Source: Octopus bimaculoides (taxonomy: Eukaryota). Taken from it: 64,000 nt of DNA. The position numbers and the translations under genes are program-made. The notes beneath the pieces were generated by a model. It was not told the origin of the DNA. It did not search any database and saw only the letters and a program-made list of their open reading frames with translations. Every line of letters starts with the position of its first letter. The first letter of the stretch is position 1. Positions 49,701-63,248 of the stretch are shown one piece after another. The stretch lies in the NCBI RefSeq assembly GCF_001194135.2, contig NC_068988.1, forward strand, positions 3,005,425 to 3,069,424, read 5' to 3'.

Positions 49701-50586
49701 AGCGGAACTCCTGAGCATGTTTTTCTTAACAAAAAAAAAACTGACAAATCACTCGACACTGAAATTATTTTTGATTTTTTTGGTTTAGTTATTTCAGTAA
49801 GATTTTTGCTTTTATTTTTATTTTACTATGCAAACATCTCATTTTTGTTTTACACAAAAAACCCTTTACTTCACAGTTCATACTCACATTTAAGTGATTA
49901 TGCCATATTGCTTGGAACGGTATGCACACCATAGTTAAGATATTGTCTGGGTAAGAATTATGTAAATGATCAGTAAGCACGTGTTTATCAAAAGATTATA
50001 AACTGTGTTTTTGTACCCACCTGGGGCTGCAATTTTTCCCTTCATTTCTTGTTATTTTGTTGATGTTACAAGAGTTCCAATAACAACGACAGTGATAACC
50101 ACCTTTTGCACCTGTTGACTGCAAGAGTCTGTATCACAAAAATCAATTCCTGTCTTCACTGTGGTCTCCGAGATAATTTCACTCTCTTTGTTGTTTTAAG
50201 TGGACAAAAACTTTTTAGTCACCATTAGGAAATGTAATAGAATTGTTTAGGCTGAAGATTCGACATGCATAAAAATGTAATGAAAATAGGAGACCTCTTA
50301 CCAAAGTCATGTTATTCATTGGTGCCAACATCTTAAGCCTTCAACACATATTACAGTAATTCTGATTGGTCAGTTGCTTTACCAGCTGATCATATTTTAC
50401 TGATAATGCTGCTGGCTGGCTGTACACACAAACTCATTATTTAAGTCAATATAATTTAGAATCCAACAAGAAACAATACAAGTGTGACCAACATAATTAC
50501 AATATCGCCGACAAAATTTCCTTTGGGTGAAATATCTCTCACACACACACACACTTGCACATATATAAACACACACACACACACAT

Positions 50587-50617
<31 letters not shown>

Positions 50618-50957
50618 CACATACATATTGTTATAAAGATTCATAAGAATGAAGGCATGTCAACTCATAGGGAGCTAGAAACGGGTAGGTACAATAAGAG
50701 AGAAATCACAGTGAAATAAACAACATTGAGGAGATTAAACCCTGGAAGGATAGCATAAATATGAAAGCACCAAGTCCAATTCGAACCACAGATCCAACTC
50801 AGGGGTGGGCCTTTGGTGTGGTGTAAGTATAAAAGTACAAACAACTGATATTTGAAAATTAAAACAATACTTCTTATATTTACTTTTACCAATGCAAAGA
50901 AACAATTGTTGTGACTTTTTGATTAAAGCCTGTTCATTCCATCTGCTTGCTTTTCAT

Positions 50958-52079
50958 ATCATCATCATCATCATCATCATTTAACATCCGCTTTCCATGC
51001 TAGCATGGGTTGGACGATTTGACTGAGGACTGGTGAACCAGATGGCTATGCCAGGCTCTAATCTGATTTGGCAGAGTATCTACAGCTGGATTCTCTTCCT
51101 AACGCCAACCACTCCGAGAATGCAGTCTTTTCACGTGCCACCACCACAAGTGCCAGGAAGGTGACGCTGGTAATGATTACGCTCAAACGGTGCTATTTAC
51201 GTGCCACTGGCACGGAAGCCAGACAGCTGCTCTGGCAACGATCACGCTCGGACGATGCTCTTAGCTCTCCACTAGTACAGGTACCATGACGATTTCATTT
51301 TCACTTGCCCCAACAGGTCTTCACAAGCATAGTTTAGTATCCAATGAAGGAGACGTTGGCATGGGTACCAGTCGTTGAATTAAATTCGATTTCAATTTCA
51401 CTTACCTCAACAGGTCTTCAGAAGTGGAGTTTAGTGTCCAATGAAGGAAAGGTACGCATAAGCGGGCTGGCTACACCCCTGGATTATGGTCTCACTTGAC
51501 TTGCCGGGTCTTCTCATGCACAGCATATTTCCAAAGGTCTTGGTCACAAGTTATTGCCTCTGTGAGGCCTAATGTTCGAAGGTCGTGCTTCACCACCTCA
51601 TCCCAGGTTTTCCTGGGTCTACCTCTTCCACAGTTTCCCTCGACCGCTAGGGTGTGACACTTTTTCACACAGTAATCCTCATCCATTCTCGCCACATGAC
51701 CATACCAACGCAGTCGTCTCTCTTGCACACCACATCTGATGCTTCTCAGGTTCAACTTTTCTCTCAAGGCACTTACACTCTGTCAAGTATGCACACTCAC
51801 ATTACACATCCAACGGAGCATACTGGCTTCATTCCTTGCAAGCTTACGTATGTCCTCAGCAGTCACAGCCCATGTTTCACTGCCATGTAGCAAGACTGTT
51901 CGTACACAAGCATCATACAGTCTGCCTTTTACTCTGAGTGAGAGTCCCTTTGTCGCCAGCAGAGGTAGGAGATCTCTGAACTTTGCCAGGCTATTCTTAT
52001 TCTAGCAGCTACACTTTCAGAGCACCAACCCCCACTACTAACTTGGTCACCTAAGTAACGGAAGCCATCAACTACTTCG
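50958..52079 (-). mobile_element. 5'-truncated RTE-clade LINE (RT C-terminus, 3' UTR, (GAT)n tail)
   Basis: EVVDGFRYLGD...RVKGRLYDACVRTVLLHGSETW...RRLRWYGHVARM...GRGRPRKTW (ORF 51492..51767 and upstream frames). Confidence 0.95.
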
Positions 52080-52127
52080 ATAATAATAATAATGATGATA
52101 ACGACCACGACGACAACGAAGACGGCG

Positions 52128-52373
52128 ATAACAATAATTCCAGGATGGAATTGATAAATATTTTATACGTTCCTATGTTTTCACAAATCACATGATTTTG
52201 ATATCACAGTCTATATCGTTGGGGTTAGTACGGTATAGTTCATATTATCCAATGGACTCTACTGTACTAATCCCAACAATATGGACTCTGATGTTAAAGT
52301 CATGTGATTTGTGGAAACATACAGAGTGATGTATTAAGTATTTATAAATTCCATTCTAGAATTAATTGTTATT
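52128..52373. repeat. Long hairpin (arms 116 and 122 nt, 8-nt loop)
   Basis: 52128-52243 is complementary to 52252-52373 with 16 substitutions and two indels by manual alignment. Confidence 0.9.
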
Positions 52374-52524
52374 ATTATATTTATCCTACATTATATCGGT
52401 ATAACCATGATGCAACCCCAAAATATTGACTCACAAGTCAGTATCATTAGACAGTAGCCAGTGTAATAAAATAGGAGCTTTATTTGCATAACCTTAACAT
52501 TACCATAAACGACTTTAAAAGATA

Positions 52525-52607
<83 letters not shown>

Positions 52608-52620
52608 GTATGTATGCATT

Positions 52621-52651
<31 letters not shown>

Positions 52652-52777
52652 CAAGAGGGAGAGAGAGAATGCATTGTTAAAGATTTTGTATCTCTGATAA
52701 ATATTTCACTGATATGCAGTATTGAATTCAAAGGCTCTGGTGGACAAATGCCACACAGAAAAGATCTACTACTGCTG

Positions 52778-52808
<31 letters not shown>

Positions 52809-53620
52809 AAAACATCTGCCACATGACCAACATTCAGGAGAGTTTAATATGAATTGTTTCTAACACTAATTAAAATGAGAAATGCTCTAAAAATTAAGAA
52901 AAGAAAGAAAATATAAAAGAGAAATAATAATAAATGAAAATGGATTCCTGTGGAATACATATAAAAACTGAATAGTTGATGAGATCTACTGCTGTTAAAA
53001 AGGAAAAAGACAATTTGATTAAAATTCCCTTTTATAAATGGATGGTTCTTTCTCCATTTTGGAAGCAAAAGGAGAGATAACAACAACAACAACAACTACA
53101 ACACCTGATAAAGAATTGATTGACTTGTATCTGAAAAATTGCATTGTGTTGTTTTTATGTTAAATTAAGTGATATTATCGCAAGTTTTGTGATATCGCGA
53201 AAAGAAGCTCAGTGAATTTGTAACGGAAACTCAACACTCTTCACAATAGAGAACATTGTCTAATCACTCATTATCTGGGAAACATGTTTCTTAAGATAAT
53301 GTTTGAAAGAAAATATCTTCTTCAAAGATCTAGTTAAAGTATCAACTTGTCAAACCAGCTAATAGTCATTTTATTCTATGAAAATAGCAGCAGAATTAAA
53401 TTGTTGCAGAATCTTTGGTCGTTGACGTGTTATGGATGCTTCAAAAATTATGATATTTAAGGGTGGAGGGGGGGGAATTATCTGTGAAATAATGTTCATA
53501 GTAGTATGGAGATTTTAAATACAGGATGTTATTTAAATACTATATTGCATCTAAAGCTGTGACATCTTTATTCTCAGTTTTGGGTAACGAGCTGGGGTTT
53601 GCTTGGTTTCTTATTTTCCC

Positions 53621-54180
53621 AGGCTGTGTGGTAAGTAGTTTGCTTACTAACCACGTGGTTCTGGGTTCAGTCCCACTGTGTGGCACCTTGGGCAAGTGTC
53701 TTCTACTATAGCCTCAGGCTGATCAAAGCCTTGTGAGTAAATTTGGTAGACGGAAACTGAAAGAAGCCCATCGTATATATATATNNNNNNNNNNNNNNNN
53801 NNNNNNNNNNNNNNNNNNNNNNNNNNNNNNNNNNNNNNNNNNNNNNNNNNNNNNNNNNNNNNNNNNNNNNNNNNNNNNNNNNNNNNNNNNNNNNNNNNNN
53901 NNNNNNNNNNNNNNNNNNNNNNNNNNNNNNNNNATATATAAATATATATATGTGTGTAAGTATATGTTTGTGTGTCTGTGTTTGTTCCCCCCACCCACCC
54001 ACTAACATCGCTTGACAACCAATGCTGGTGTGTTTACGTCCCTGTCACTTAGTGATTCGGCAAGAGAGACCGATAGAATAAGTACTAGGCTTACAAAGAA
54101 TAAGTCCTGGAGTCGATTTGCTCAACTAAAGGTGGTACTCCAGCATGGCCACAGTCAGGTGATTGAAACAAATAAAAGAA
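53621..54180 (+). mobile_element. SINE S1, full length, N-gap in the internal (TA)n
   Basis: Complete head and tail motifs. Confidence 0.9.
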
Positions 54181-55489
54181 TATGAACATATATCGTAAAG
54201 TGGCAGCGTTACTATTTGATAATTGTAACCACAAGACTAAGTATGGACTTCAGATCCAACTGGATTACCTTCATTTTCCATCAAATGAAATTCTTTGAAT
54301 AAATTTTAATACTCACCAATGTCATCGTCATTGTTTAATATCTATGTTACATGCTGTCAAAGGTTGAATGGTTTAAAAGGATCTGATAGGTCTAAAGACT
54401 GCCTCATGCTCCAATCCCTGCTTTAGCATGATTCCTATGGCTGGATGCCTTTCCTAATGCCAACCACTTTACAACTTGTATGGGGTATTTCTTTCATGGC
54501 ACCAGCATAAGTGATGTTATCATCATACAGGCTGCAGGGGATTAGAATAGAGAGGGAGGTGGCTTTATGCCATGGAATTAGAGTTTTAAAGTGAGACAGA
54601 AGGACCAGAACAGAACAGGATTCTTGCTGTATTGGAGCTAAATGGCTACACACATTGTGTATGACTGGGTGGAAGTGGCTGGAGTATTACTGCTGGAAAG
54701 ATATAAGATGACGTGTTAATATATAGAGCATAGTTTATAACTAATGGAATCATCTGCTCTGCTCATGATTCTGAAATGAGTGTTTCTGGGTAACAGACTG
54801 GCCTCATTATGAATATCGTTCTTGACTCTGACAGCAGGAGCACTGCCATTGCTGTTATTATATTGACACCCGGGGAGAAACAAAACGATAAGAACAAACT
54901 CTTGGTAGGTGGGCCTCAAGCTATATAAATAAATTCAGACACTCACACATGCACACACACATGCACACAAACACATGCACACACAAATACACACTCACGC
55001 ATACACACATGCATACACATACTCACACACACATGCACACATACACGTGCACACACACCTACACACATATACACAGGCACACACACACCTACATACATAC
55101 ACACATACACACACTGACAGTTTTGCATTGAGTAGACAATATTGGCAACAATGAAGATTCATTCATATTGACTTGTGGCTAAATCTGATATGAAACCACT
55201 GGTACCGTTCTGACAAGTTATATGCCAAAACTAATAATACATTGTTCAATGAGATAAAAAATATATACCCCACCACTGTTTCTAACATTGAGTGTCCTTT
55301 TACTGGTGAATTATGAACAAATAACTGATAGCATGCTTATATCATATATATATAGAGTATCCATGTATCTACTCTACATCAAGACATCTCTATCTGTCCC
55401 TTCTATACCTTAAATCTCTTAAATGTCATAAAGCCACCCCTTCACTACTCCCCTTCCACTTGAGGGGGCTTTTGTCTTGCATGGTACTT

Positions 55490-55680
55490 GGTGACTCAGT
55501 TAATGCTGGTGCCACATAAAAAGCACTGGTTGTAGCTTTGTAAAGTGATTGGCGTTAGGAAACCAAGTAGACAATGGGACCTGGTGTGGCTCCTGGCCTT
55601 GCCAACGTCTGTCAAACCGTCCAACCCATGCCAGGGTGGAAAATGGACGTTAAACGATGATGAGGAGGAGGAGGAGAAGG
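55490..55680 (+). mobile_element. RTE 3'-end retroposon
   Basis: TTGGCGTTAGGAA...CCAACCCATGCC...GGACGTTAAACGATGATGAGG. Confidence 0.8.
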
Positions 55681-56724
55681 AACGAAGATGAGGATGTAAA
55701 TTATATCTATTGTGTGTTTTTTGTACTTGAAAGGATATGTGTGTGTGTGTGTGTNNNNNNNNNNNNNNNNNNNNNNNNNNNNNNNNNNNNNNNNNNNNNN
55801 NNNNNNNNNNNNNNNNNNNNNNNNNNNNNNNNNNNNNNNNNNNNNNNNNNNNNNNNNNNNNNTGCGTGTGGCTATAGATGTACAACATTTATCAGAGAGA
55901 AATCTCTTTCTAAAATTATTGACTCAAATGAAATAGACTCAAATGTGTAACTATCACATAATAATCAACCAATGTAAAACCATTGATTCCTCACAACCTC
56001 AAAGGAAGAATTCAATATCATTGGATTCATTCTTAACATTTATACTCCATTTATCTTTTTTATTGGAAGCGGAGGGGGGGGGGCTGGGGCTGTTCAAATT
56101 TATCTTTTCTAAGGTTTTCCAATGACAAGCACAGTGTTCTATTGAACGTTTGATGTTGGTCAAAAAGACTAATAACCAATAGGAGATGCAGGCATGGGTG
56201 TATGTGCAATCCATGTGGTTCTGAGTTCAATCCCAAAGCACAAAACCTTTGGCTAGTGTCTGCTAATATAGCCTGGTAACCAATGCTTTATAAGTGAATT
56301 TGGTAGACTGAAACTGTACAAAGCCAGTAACTCTTCCTTTCTTTCTTTCTATCCTTTGACATGTGGTCCTTGGGCATTCATTGATGATTTTACAACCAAA
56401 CAATGCCATTGCTTTCAGTTTTCTGCAGCCTTCCATGAGTCAGTAACCTGGTCTATGACTGATGCAGTGTGAGTTCTGGTCTTGTTATTACAGGGAAATA
56501 ACAATCTGTGCATGATACTTATTGTAGGTACTCAGAGTCTTATTATGACAACCGAATGTATGTATTTATTTATTTATATACATTATACAAAATATTTCAC
56601 GTAAACCCAGACTTTCTACCTTTAAAAACAAGCAGTTACAACCCTTTTACTTGTGTAATTTTTTGCTGCCCTGGTAACAATTTATCTATTTTTTCTATGT
56701 TAATTGTTAACAAGGGTAAAATAC

Positions 56725-57090
56725 ACCTGCCTGATAAGAAACTCAGACACTCTCATATACTCGGCGATGGACCTGATTGACTTGGAAGGATCATTGTCGA
56801 TCATGGCCTGGGTTTCACCAACAGATTGAGGAGTTCTTTTCTTATCAGAATGATCAGAGTGAGTTTTCTGAGCTGCCGTACCTTCGTAATCACCATTAGA
56901 CTCACCCAACTCTTCCTGAAACCCCTGCACTTGTCTTCAGATTGCAACCCAAACACTCTGAAATGTTTGTATTGCAGCCTCTGGTGCAAATACCAAGCAG
57001 TACAGCATGTTGTTTCCAAATTTCTGGCAGAGGGAATTACGTCATGGTGCTATTTTTTTCACAGATGGTGCCCAACTGACCCTACAATAC
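56725..57090 (-). mobile_element. Tc1/mariner-superfamily transposon 5' fragment (transposase N-terminal HTH region), decayed
   Basis: ATG at 57045; ...ESNGDYEGTAAQKTHSDHSDKKRTPQSVGETQAMIDNDPSKSIRSIAEYMRVSEFLIRQV resembles the HTH linker of Tc1/mariner transposases; frameshifted and truncated. Confidence 0.7.
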
Positions 57091-57161
57091 AAAATGAAAA
57101 ACAAACAAATATGCATGCATGAAATTAAAAATATGAAATGTCAACAATTTACCCATCACAC

Positions 57162-57210
<49 letters not shown>

Positions 57211-57282
57211 NNNNNNNNNNNNNNNNNNNNNNNNNNNNNNNNNNNNNNNNNNNNNNNNNNNNNNNNNNNNNNNNNNNNNNAC

Positions 57283-57495
57283 ATATTGGTTTCAAATTTT
57301 GGCACAAGGTCAGCAATATCAGGGGAGGGGTTAAGTTGATTATATTAATCCCAGTGCTCAATTGATACCTATTTCATTGACCCTGAAATGATGAAAGGCA
57401 CAGTCAACCTCACCAGAATTTGAACTCAGAACGTAAAGACAGACAAAATACTACTAAACATTTTGCCTGGTATACTAACGATTTGGCCTGCTCTC
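57283..57495 (-). mobile_element. SINE S2
   Basis: GATGAAAGGCACAGTCAACCTC...TTTGAACTCAGAACGTAAAGACAG. Confidence 0.8.
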
Positions 57496-57534
57496 TGCCT
57501 TATACATAATATGCACATTAACATATAGCACACA

Positions 57535-57571
<37 letters not shown>

Positions 57572-58550
57572 ACACACACACATATATGTATATATTTAAC
57601 ATATATGTATGCACGTGCACACATACGTGCATATGCACGTATATGTATGTAGATAAGTATGTATAAATGATTCTTTTAATATAATGAAAGTAGTTGTAGA
57701 AATGGCTGTTAAAAGGTCCTTGTAACTATTAGAAGTATTTTATGCTTTGTGTCTTTTATATTTTGTTTTATTCAAATGTTAGAAGTCAAAGAGATGTCAA
57801 AGTTGAATGGAACTAATGCTAGAACACATTTCATCCTTCGTCTTACACATGAACCTGTCAAAAGGTGTAACCTTGACCATCTTGATGCAGCATAAAAATC
57901 TTGTTGAAGAGATGTTTGGGGATAAACACACACACACAAAAAGAAGAAAAAAAATTAATGCCATTCCTTAAGATATATCAGGTCTGAAGCCAGTTAACAT
58001 TTGGTTCAAACTAGAAATCAAAGTCGATTACCTGTGCAGAGACTTGAGAAATCACAAAAAGCTCAGAGAATGTTTTGTTTTTTTTGTTAGTTTTTGTTTT
58101 TTTTTGATGACGTCTTATATTACTTATCTTTTATCAGAAGAAATATTTTGCAATTGTTTTAACAAATCATTGATTCTTGTAATCCATACAATGTTATCAT
58201 GTTGCTTGCATGACAATTGATAGCATAATTAGTTGGAGAAGTTTTGTGCTCATTAGCATTTCTGATCAGAGATAGAAATGAATAAATTATCGTCATGCAG
58301 ACGTTAACATGAATACTAAATTCATACAGAGAAATAAGTAGCAAAAATATATAAAAACCACACATCTTTGTGTAGAAATATTGCAATGTTCATGCTTTTC
58401 CCCGGACCATTTGCATCATGAGTGAATTAAAAGAGAAATGGCCAGGAATTCAAAGTTCTCCAAATTCAGAACATAACAAGTTTTACCTGCTATTCAACTT
58501 CTCTTAGAATACATCAACATACAAATATTATTAACTTGATAGATATTTAA

Positions 58551-58770
58551 CCCTATAGCATTCTGAATACTCCATGAATTCTAATGTTTATCCATTCACA
58601 TTGTTTTGAATTAATCATACATTATCTTGTAGCTCTGGGATTTCAATAATGTATTTGTTTATTTTTAGAATGGCATTATTGGGTGGGTCTGGGAGGCCAA
58701 ATCTGGCTTGTTTCAACATAAAACAGGTAGAATATTCGGACCAAATATGGCCAGTTTAAATGCTAAAGGG
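58551..58770 (+). mobile_element. piggyBac-type MITE, intact, 220 bp
   Basis: TTAA|CCCTATAGCATT ... AATGCTAAAGGG|TTAA: TTAA TSD, CCC/GGG termini, 11/12 TIR match. Confidence 0.88.
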
Positions 58771-59773
58771 TTAAAATTACTTCTAAACCAATGAGGAATT
58801 TGGGGTGTGGTCACTTGACATGCTAGAAATAGTAGCCACATCTCCATTCACACCCTACCATCTTAAAGAGTAAAGAACACATTAAATATTGTTGTTCTAA
58901 ATATTGTAGGCTTAAAAACAAGGGAAAAGACAACAGTATCCTCTTAGATCAAATCTATTTGATCATGTTTGCTCTACAAAGGACTAGCCTGGGGATTAAA
59001 CAGTAACCGCTACTTGTCGAAAACTCTTATAAGTGTATTGTAAAAATATGCATATTACTTGATGCCGATTCTAGAATGATGGAATTAGGTAGATGTAATA
59101 TCTAAATATTCTACTAATATTCTAACAATAGCTAAACTATTAGCTATTAGTTTTGAAAATGCTGATAAACATTATTATGAATTTGTAATAATATCTAGAA
59201 AGGTCTGTGATTTCTTTTATATTGGAAGCAAATTATGAAAATGGATTTGCTGAATACAAATGGAACCAAATTAGAAGCAAAATGTTTGAGCATAACTATG
59301 ACTACATTTCTGTGGAAAGTTGTCTGTAGTCAGTAGACATGCTATAAATAGCAGTTACATCTTCCTCAACTCACATCTTACCATCATAAAGAAGGAAGGA
59401 CACATAAAGTTATGTAGTCCTATATATTGTAGAGTGGAAAATAAATATAAAAAACCAGGGGTATTGGAACAAATGCATTTGATCACGTGCAATAAATTTG
59501 GTGAAGAGTTCAAATACACAGAAGGTGTTGTACTATTTAGCTAGAAATTGTTCTCAATTCCAAACATTTCATATTTGGTCATGAAGAAATAATTACCAAA
59601 TTTTCTGTTGATAATATCTGAAAACTTGAAATAATTTGGTGTCTTATCTAAAGGGAAGGTTTTTTTTAATATTTGGTTTAACTTCACAGACCAGAGCTAA
59701 TCAGTGGGTCTTAAAAGTTCCTTGGAGCTAAAATGGCATTCACAAAGTCTTTTAACAAACAAAGATAAGCAAC

Positions 59774-59926
59774 AGGTGCAGGCATGGCTGTGTCGTAAGA
59801 AGCTTGCTTCCCAATTATGTGGGTTCAGTCCCACTGCAAGGCACCTTGGGCAAGTGTCTTCTACTATGGCCTCAGGCTGAATAAGGCCTTGTGGGTTGAT
59901 TTGGTAGACAGTAACTGAAGGAAGCC

Positions 59927-59964
<38 letters not shown>

Positions 59965-60180
59965 TTACATGCGTGTGTTTGTGTTTATCTCCCCATGTGT
60001 GTCTGTGTTTGACAACCAATGCTGGTGTGTTTATGCCCCCATAACTTAGTGGTTTGGCAAAAAGACACCAATAGAATAAGTACTAGGCTTACAAAGAATA
60101 AGTCCTGGGGTCAATTTCTTCAACTAAAACCCTTTAAGGTGGTGCTCCAGCATGGCTGCAATCAAATGACTGAAACAAGA
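59774..60180 (+). mobile_element. SINE S1, full length, with internal (TA)n(TG)n
   Basis: Complete head and tail motifs. Confidence 0.9.
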
Positions 60181-60348
60181 CTAACAAAACAAACACACAG
60201 CACAGATGACTAGACAATAATCATCATACTCATTGTTCCCTTTCTCATACTTTCGTGGGTTGGAGGCCTAATGTTCGAAGGTCTTCCACAGGTTCCCTCT
60301 ACCGCTAGGGTGTGGCACTTTTTCACCTCATCCATTCTCACCACATGA

Positions 60349-60383
<35 letters not shown>

Positions 60384-61236
60384 NNNNNNNNNNGAGAGAG
60401 AGAGAGAGACATAAATATATATTTTATTGATGTTTTCAGAGATTCCATCAATGTTGGATAAATGTGTGTATGTGACAAGCTTGCATCTAGCAAATACTCT
60501 CCTCTGAAGGCATTGGTTAATATGAGGTGTCATGCCATGAGATCTGAAAGCTTGTTGCGATGTGAACTTTAAACCACATAATCATACCTGCACCAATTCG
60601 TCATCCATTTTTTTCTCTTCCATCTTTATTGTTTTACTTCTTGAAATTGTTCTCTGAATGGAAAAAATGTAAATTGATATGCTCTTTGATGATATTTTGG
60701 ATTGCATCAATGAATATTTTATACAAAAGATAATACCACAAGTGCATAATAGTGAATAAAACAAAGTGTAATTTCCAGTTTAAATTGGTTGTACTTGTCT
60801 GCTGGTCAGTTATTCTCAAGCTAAATTTACACTTGGTCCTCATTTATAGGCCATGTACAGCAAAATTTATTTTTCTTTTACACAATTAATAAAGCCCAAA
60901 CTATACTTGCAGGTAGCTAATATTTAAAATGTATTTATATATTTAAAAGATAAAACACCAACGATCCACTTCTCATTGTTAATTATTGCTCCATTTCTTA
61001 TTGTCTCTCTATATATTAAACCATGGTTTTACCTTTAAATTACTTACTACTGTACACCTTATAACAAGGTCTATACATAGTGAGGTAATATACCAGGAGT
61101 GCCTACTGATACATCTATCCCTTAGATGGTTGCATAACCTCTAACTTATATCTTACTTAACAAATATATTTAAAAGATATTCATATATTTAAAGCCTATT
61201 TGAACTTACTTTAGAATAATATTATAAATTAATAAT

Positions 61237-61381
61237 GGAACTGCTTGAAAACTCTGGATGGTGGTTGAAAAATAAGGGTGTTACTTTAGTTCACTGGTAG
61301 TGAACTGCTGACACCGTAGTACATCTCCAGCGTTAGAAGCTGTGCAAAGACAATAAATAATACTAATACTAATAATAATAA
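61237..61381 (+). mobile_element. R4/Dong family B 3' end, undeleted form, with TAA-rich tail
   Basis: GGAACTGCTTGAAAACTCTGGATG-GTGGTTGAAAAATAAGGGTGTTACTTTAG-TTCACTGGTAGTGAAC...GTTAGAAGCTGTGCAAAG-AATAAATAAT. Confidence 0.8.
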
Positions 61382-62049
61382 ATGTGTGTGTATGTGTGTT
61401 TGAATCTATATTTATCCCCCCCCCTACCATATGACAACTGGTTTTGACATGTTTACATCCCCATAACTTAGCAGTTTCGTGAAAAAGACCAATAGAATAG
61501 GTACAAGCCCTAAAGAAAAATATTAATGACTTAAAATCTCTCAAGACTGACACAAATAAAAGAGAAAAGATAAATATAATTCTATGAACGAGAAATGGTA
61601 AACTTACAAATCTTGTTGAAGAAGTGGATGTAGCACTGTAAAATCAAAGACCTGACATTATATTTCTCAAACCATCAGGATATTCTAGTGTCAATAAAGG
61701 GAAATATGCCAGTTATCTTGATAGGTAAATTTTACTGGTTCTTTTATTTAAAAAATAAAAATTGGTTTGAAAGATTAAATTACAGTCTTCTGCATCCTTT
61801 GTTGATCGTCAAGATTAAAAATAGATTTGGTTTCTTTTTATCCAGATGTCTTTAATCTAAAGGCTTTTTTTTTCTCCTTATTTTTGTTTGTCTATGTTAC
61901 TGACATGTCTATTTTTAAGCAAACATTTATCTTTAAAAGCAGAGATATTATCTGTAATAATAATTAAAAAAAAAAGAAGAAAGGAAGAAAATAATTAACT
62001 AATAGTTACATTAATTGTTTTGTCATGTGACTCTTGGAAGTTTTGTTTT

Positions 62050-62328
62050 TGTGTGTGTGTGAGAGAGAGAGAATGAGAAAGAGAGAGTGAGAGAGAGTGA
62101 GTGAGAGAGAGAGAGTGAGAGAGAGAGAGTGAGAGAGAGAGTGAGAGAGAGTGAGAGAGAGAGAGTGAGAGAGAGTGAGAGAGAGTGAGAGAGAGAGAGT
62201 GAGAGAGAGTGAGAGCGACAGAACGAGAGAAAGAGAACACAAGAGAGCAAGAGAGAAAGAGAGAATGAGAGAGAGAGAGAGAGTGTGTGTATGTGTGTGT
62301 GTGGGGGTGTGTGTGTGTGTGTGTGTGT
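62050..62328. repeat. (GA)/(GAGT)/(GT) complex dinucleotide tract
   Basis: Read directly. Confidence 0.95.
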
Positions 62329-63087
62329 CCAAAGGCCAAAAATGATGATATATGCTTTTAATTTCTACCTCATTGTCTTTGATTTCTCTTTTTTTTTAAT
62401 GTTATTGGAATTTCTCTATTTCCATTGAAAGAGTCTCAGTGTAAATATTTCCTCTGATAATTGATGACCCACAACAATTTTAAAAGACAGACTGAAAAAT
62501 GTGATTAAAATTACAAAATCACTAAAACAGTAAGTCAACAAATATAAATTGCTACTTGCTTCCAAAAGCCTCAAGGTAGGACATAACAAAGAATAGAATA
62601 GTCAGAATACATCATTAGACATTTTACATATTATTCTAATCGAATTGATTGTCCAATTGGTAGAAATAAAAGAGTTAATTGTTAGCAACTGTCTTTACTG
62701 GACACTAACCTTTAAAAGTGCTCTTCACCTGGGTTGTCAGGTATTTTTGTTACCATCGTGATGGGGCTTTATTTTGGGCCATATACTTATTCTGAATATT
62801 CCTTCAACTATTTCTTCTGCAGCAGTATAAATGGTGGCTGCATGAGAAATAGCAAATCATTTTGCTGATTCTGATGTCATAGAAATGCCTTTTAAATTGT
62901 TAGGATTGCATCTAAGCTTGTGTTTAGCTCTTCCTAATATGGTGTTAATTTATGGATGTTAAATTTCCCATGCATAAGACACTGATCTACTGCAATAAAT
63001 ATTTTCAGATGAGATTATTATTATTATTATTATTGTGGCAGAATCGTTTTACAGAATCGTGTCACTTTGATAGCATGCTCTCTAACT

Positions 63088-63214
63088 CAATAATAATAAT
63101 AACAAAAACCACAATAACCACAATGACAATGATGATGACGATGATGACAAAGATGATGATGATGATGATGACGACGACGACGACGAAGATGATGATGATG
63201 ATGATGATGACGAA

Positions 63215-63247
<33 letters not shown>

Positions 63248-63248
63248 A
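63088..63248. repeat. (AAT)/(GAT)/(GAC) trinucleotide tract
   Basis: Read directly. Confidence 0.95.

Noticed and set aside
50024-50140. EGF-like (GGYHCRCYWNSC) or Ly6-like (FCDTDSCS) peptide on the minus strand
   Set aside because: Cysteine spacing is incomplete, stops lie nearby, and no compatible neighbouring exon was found.
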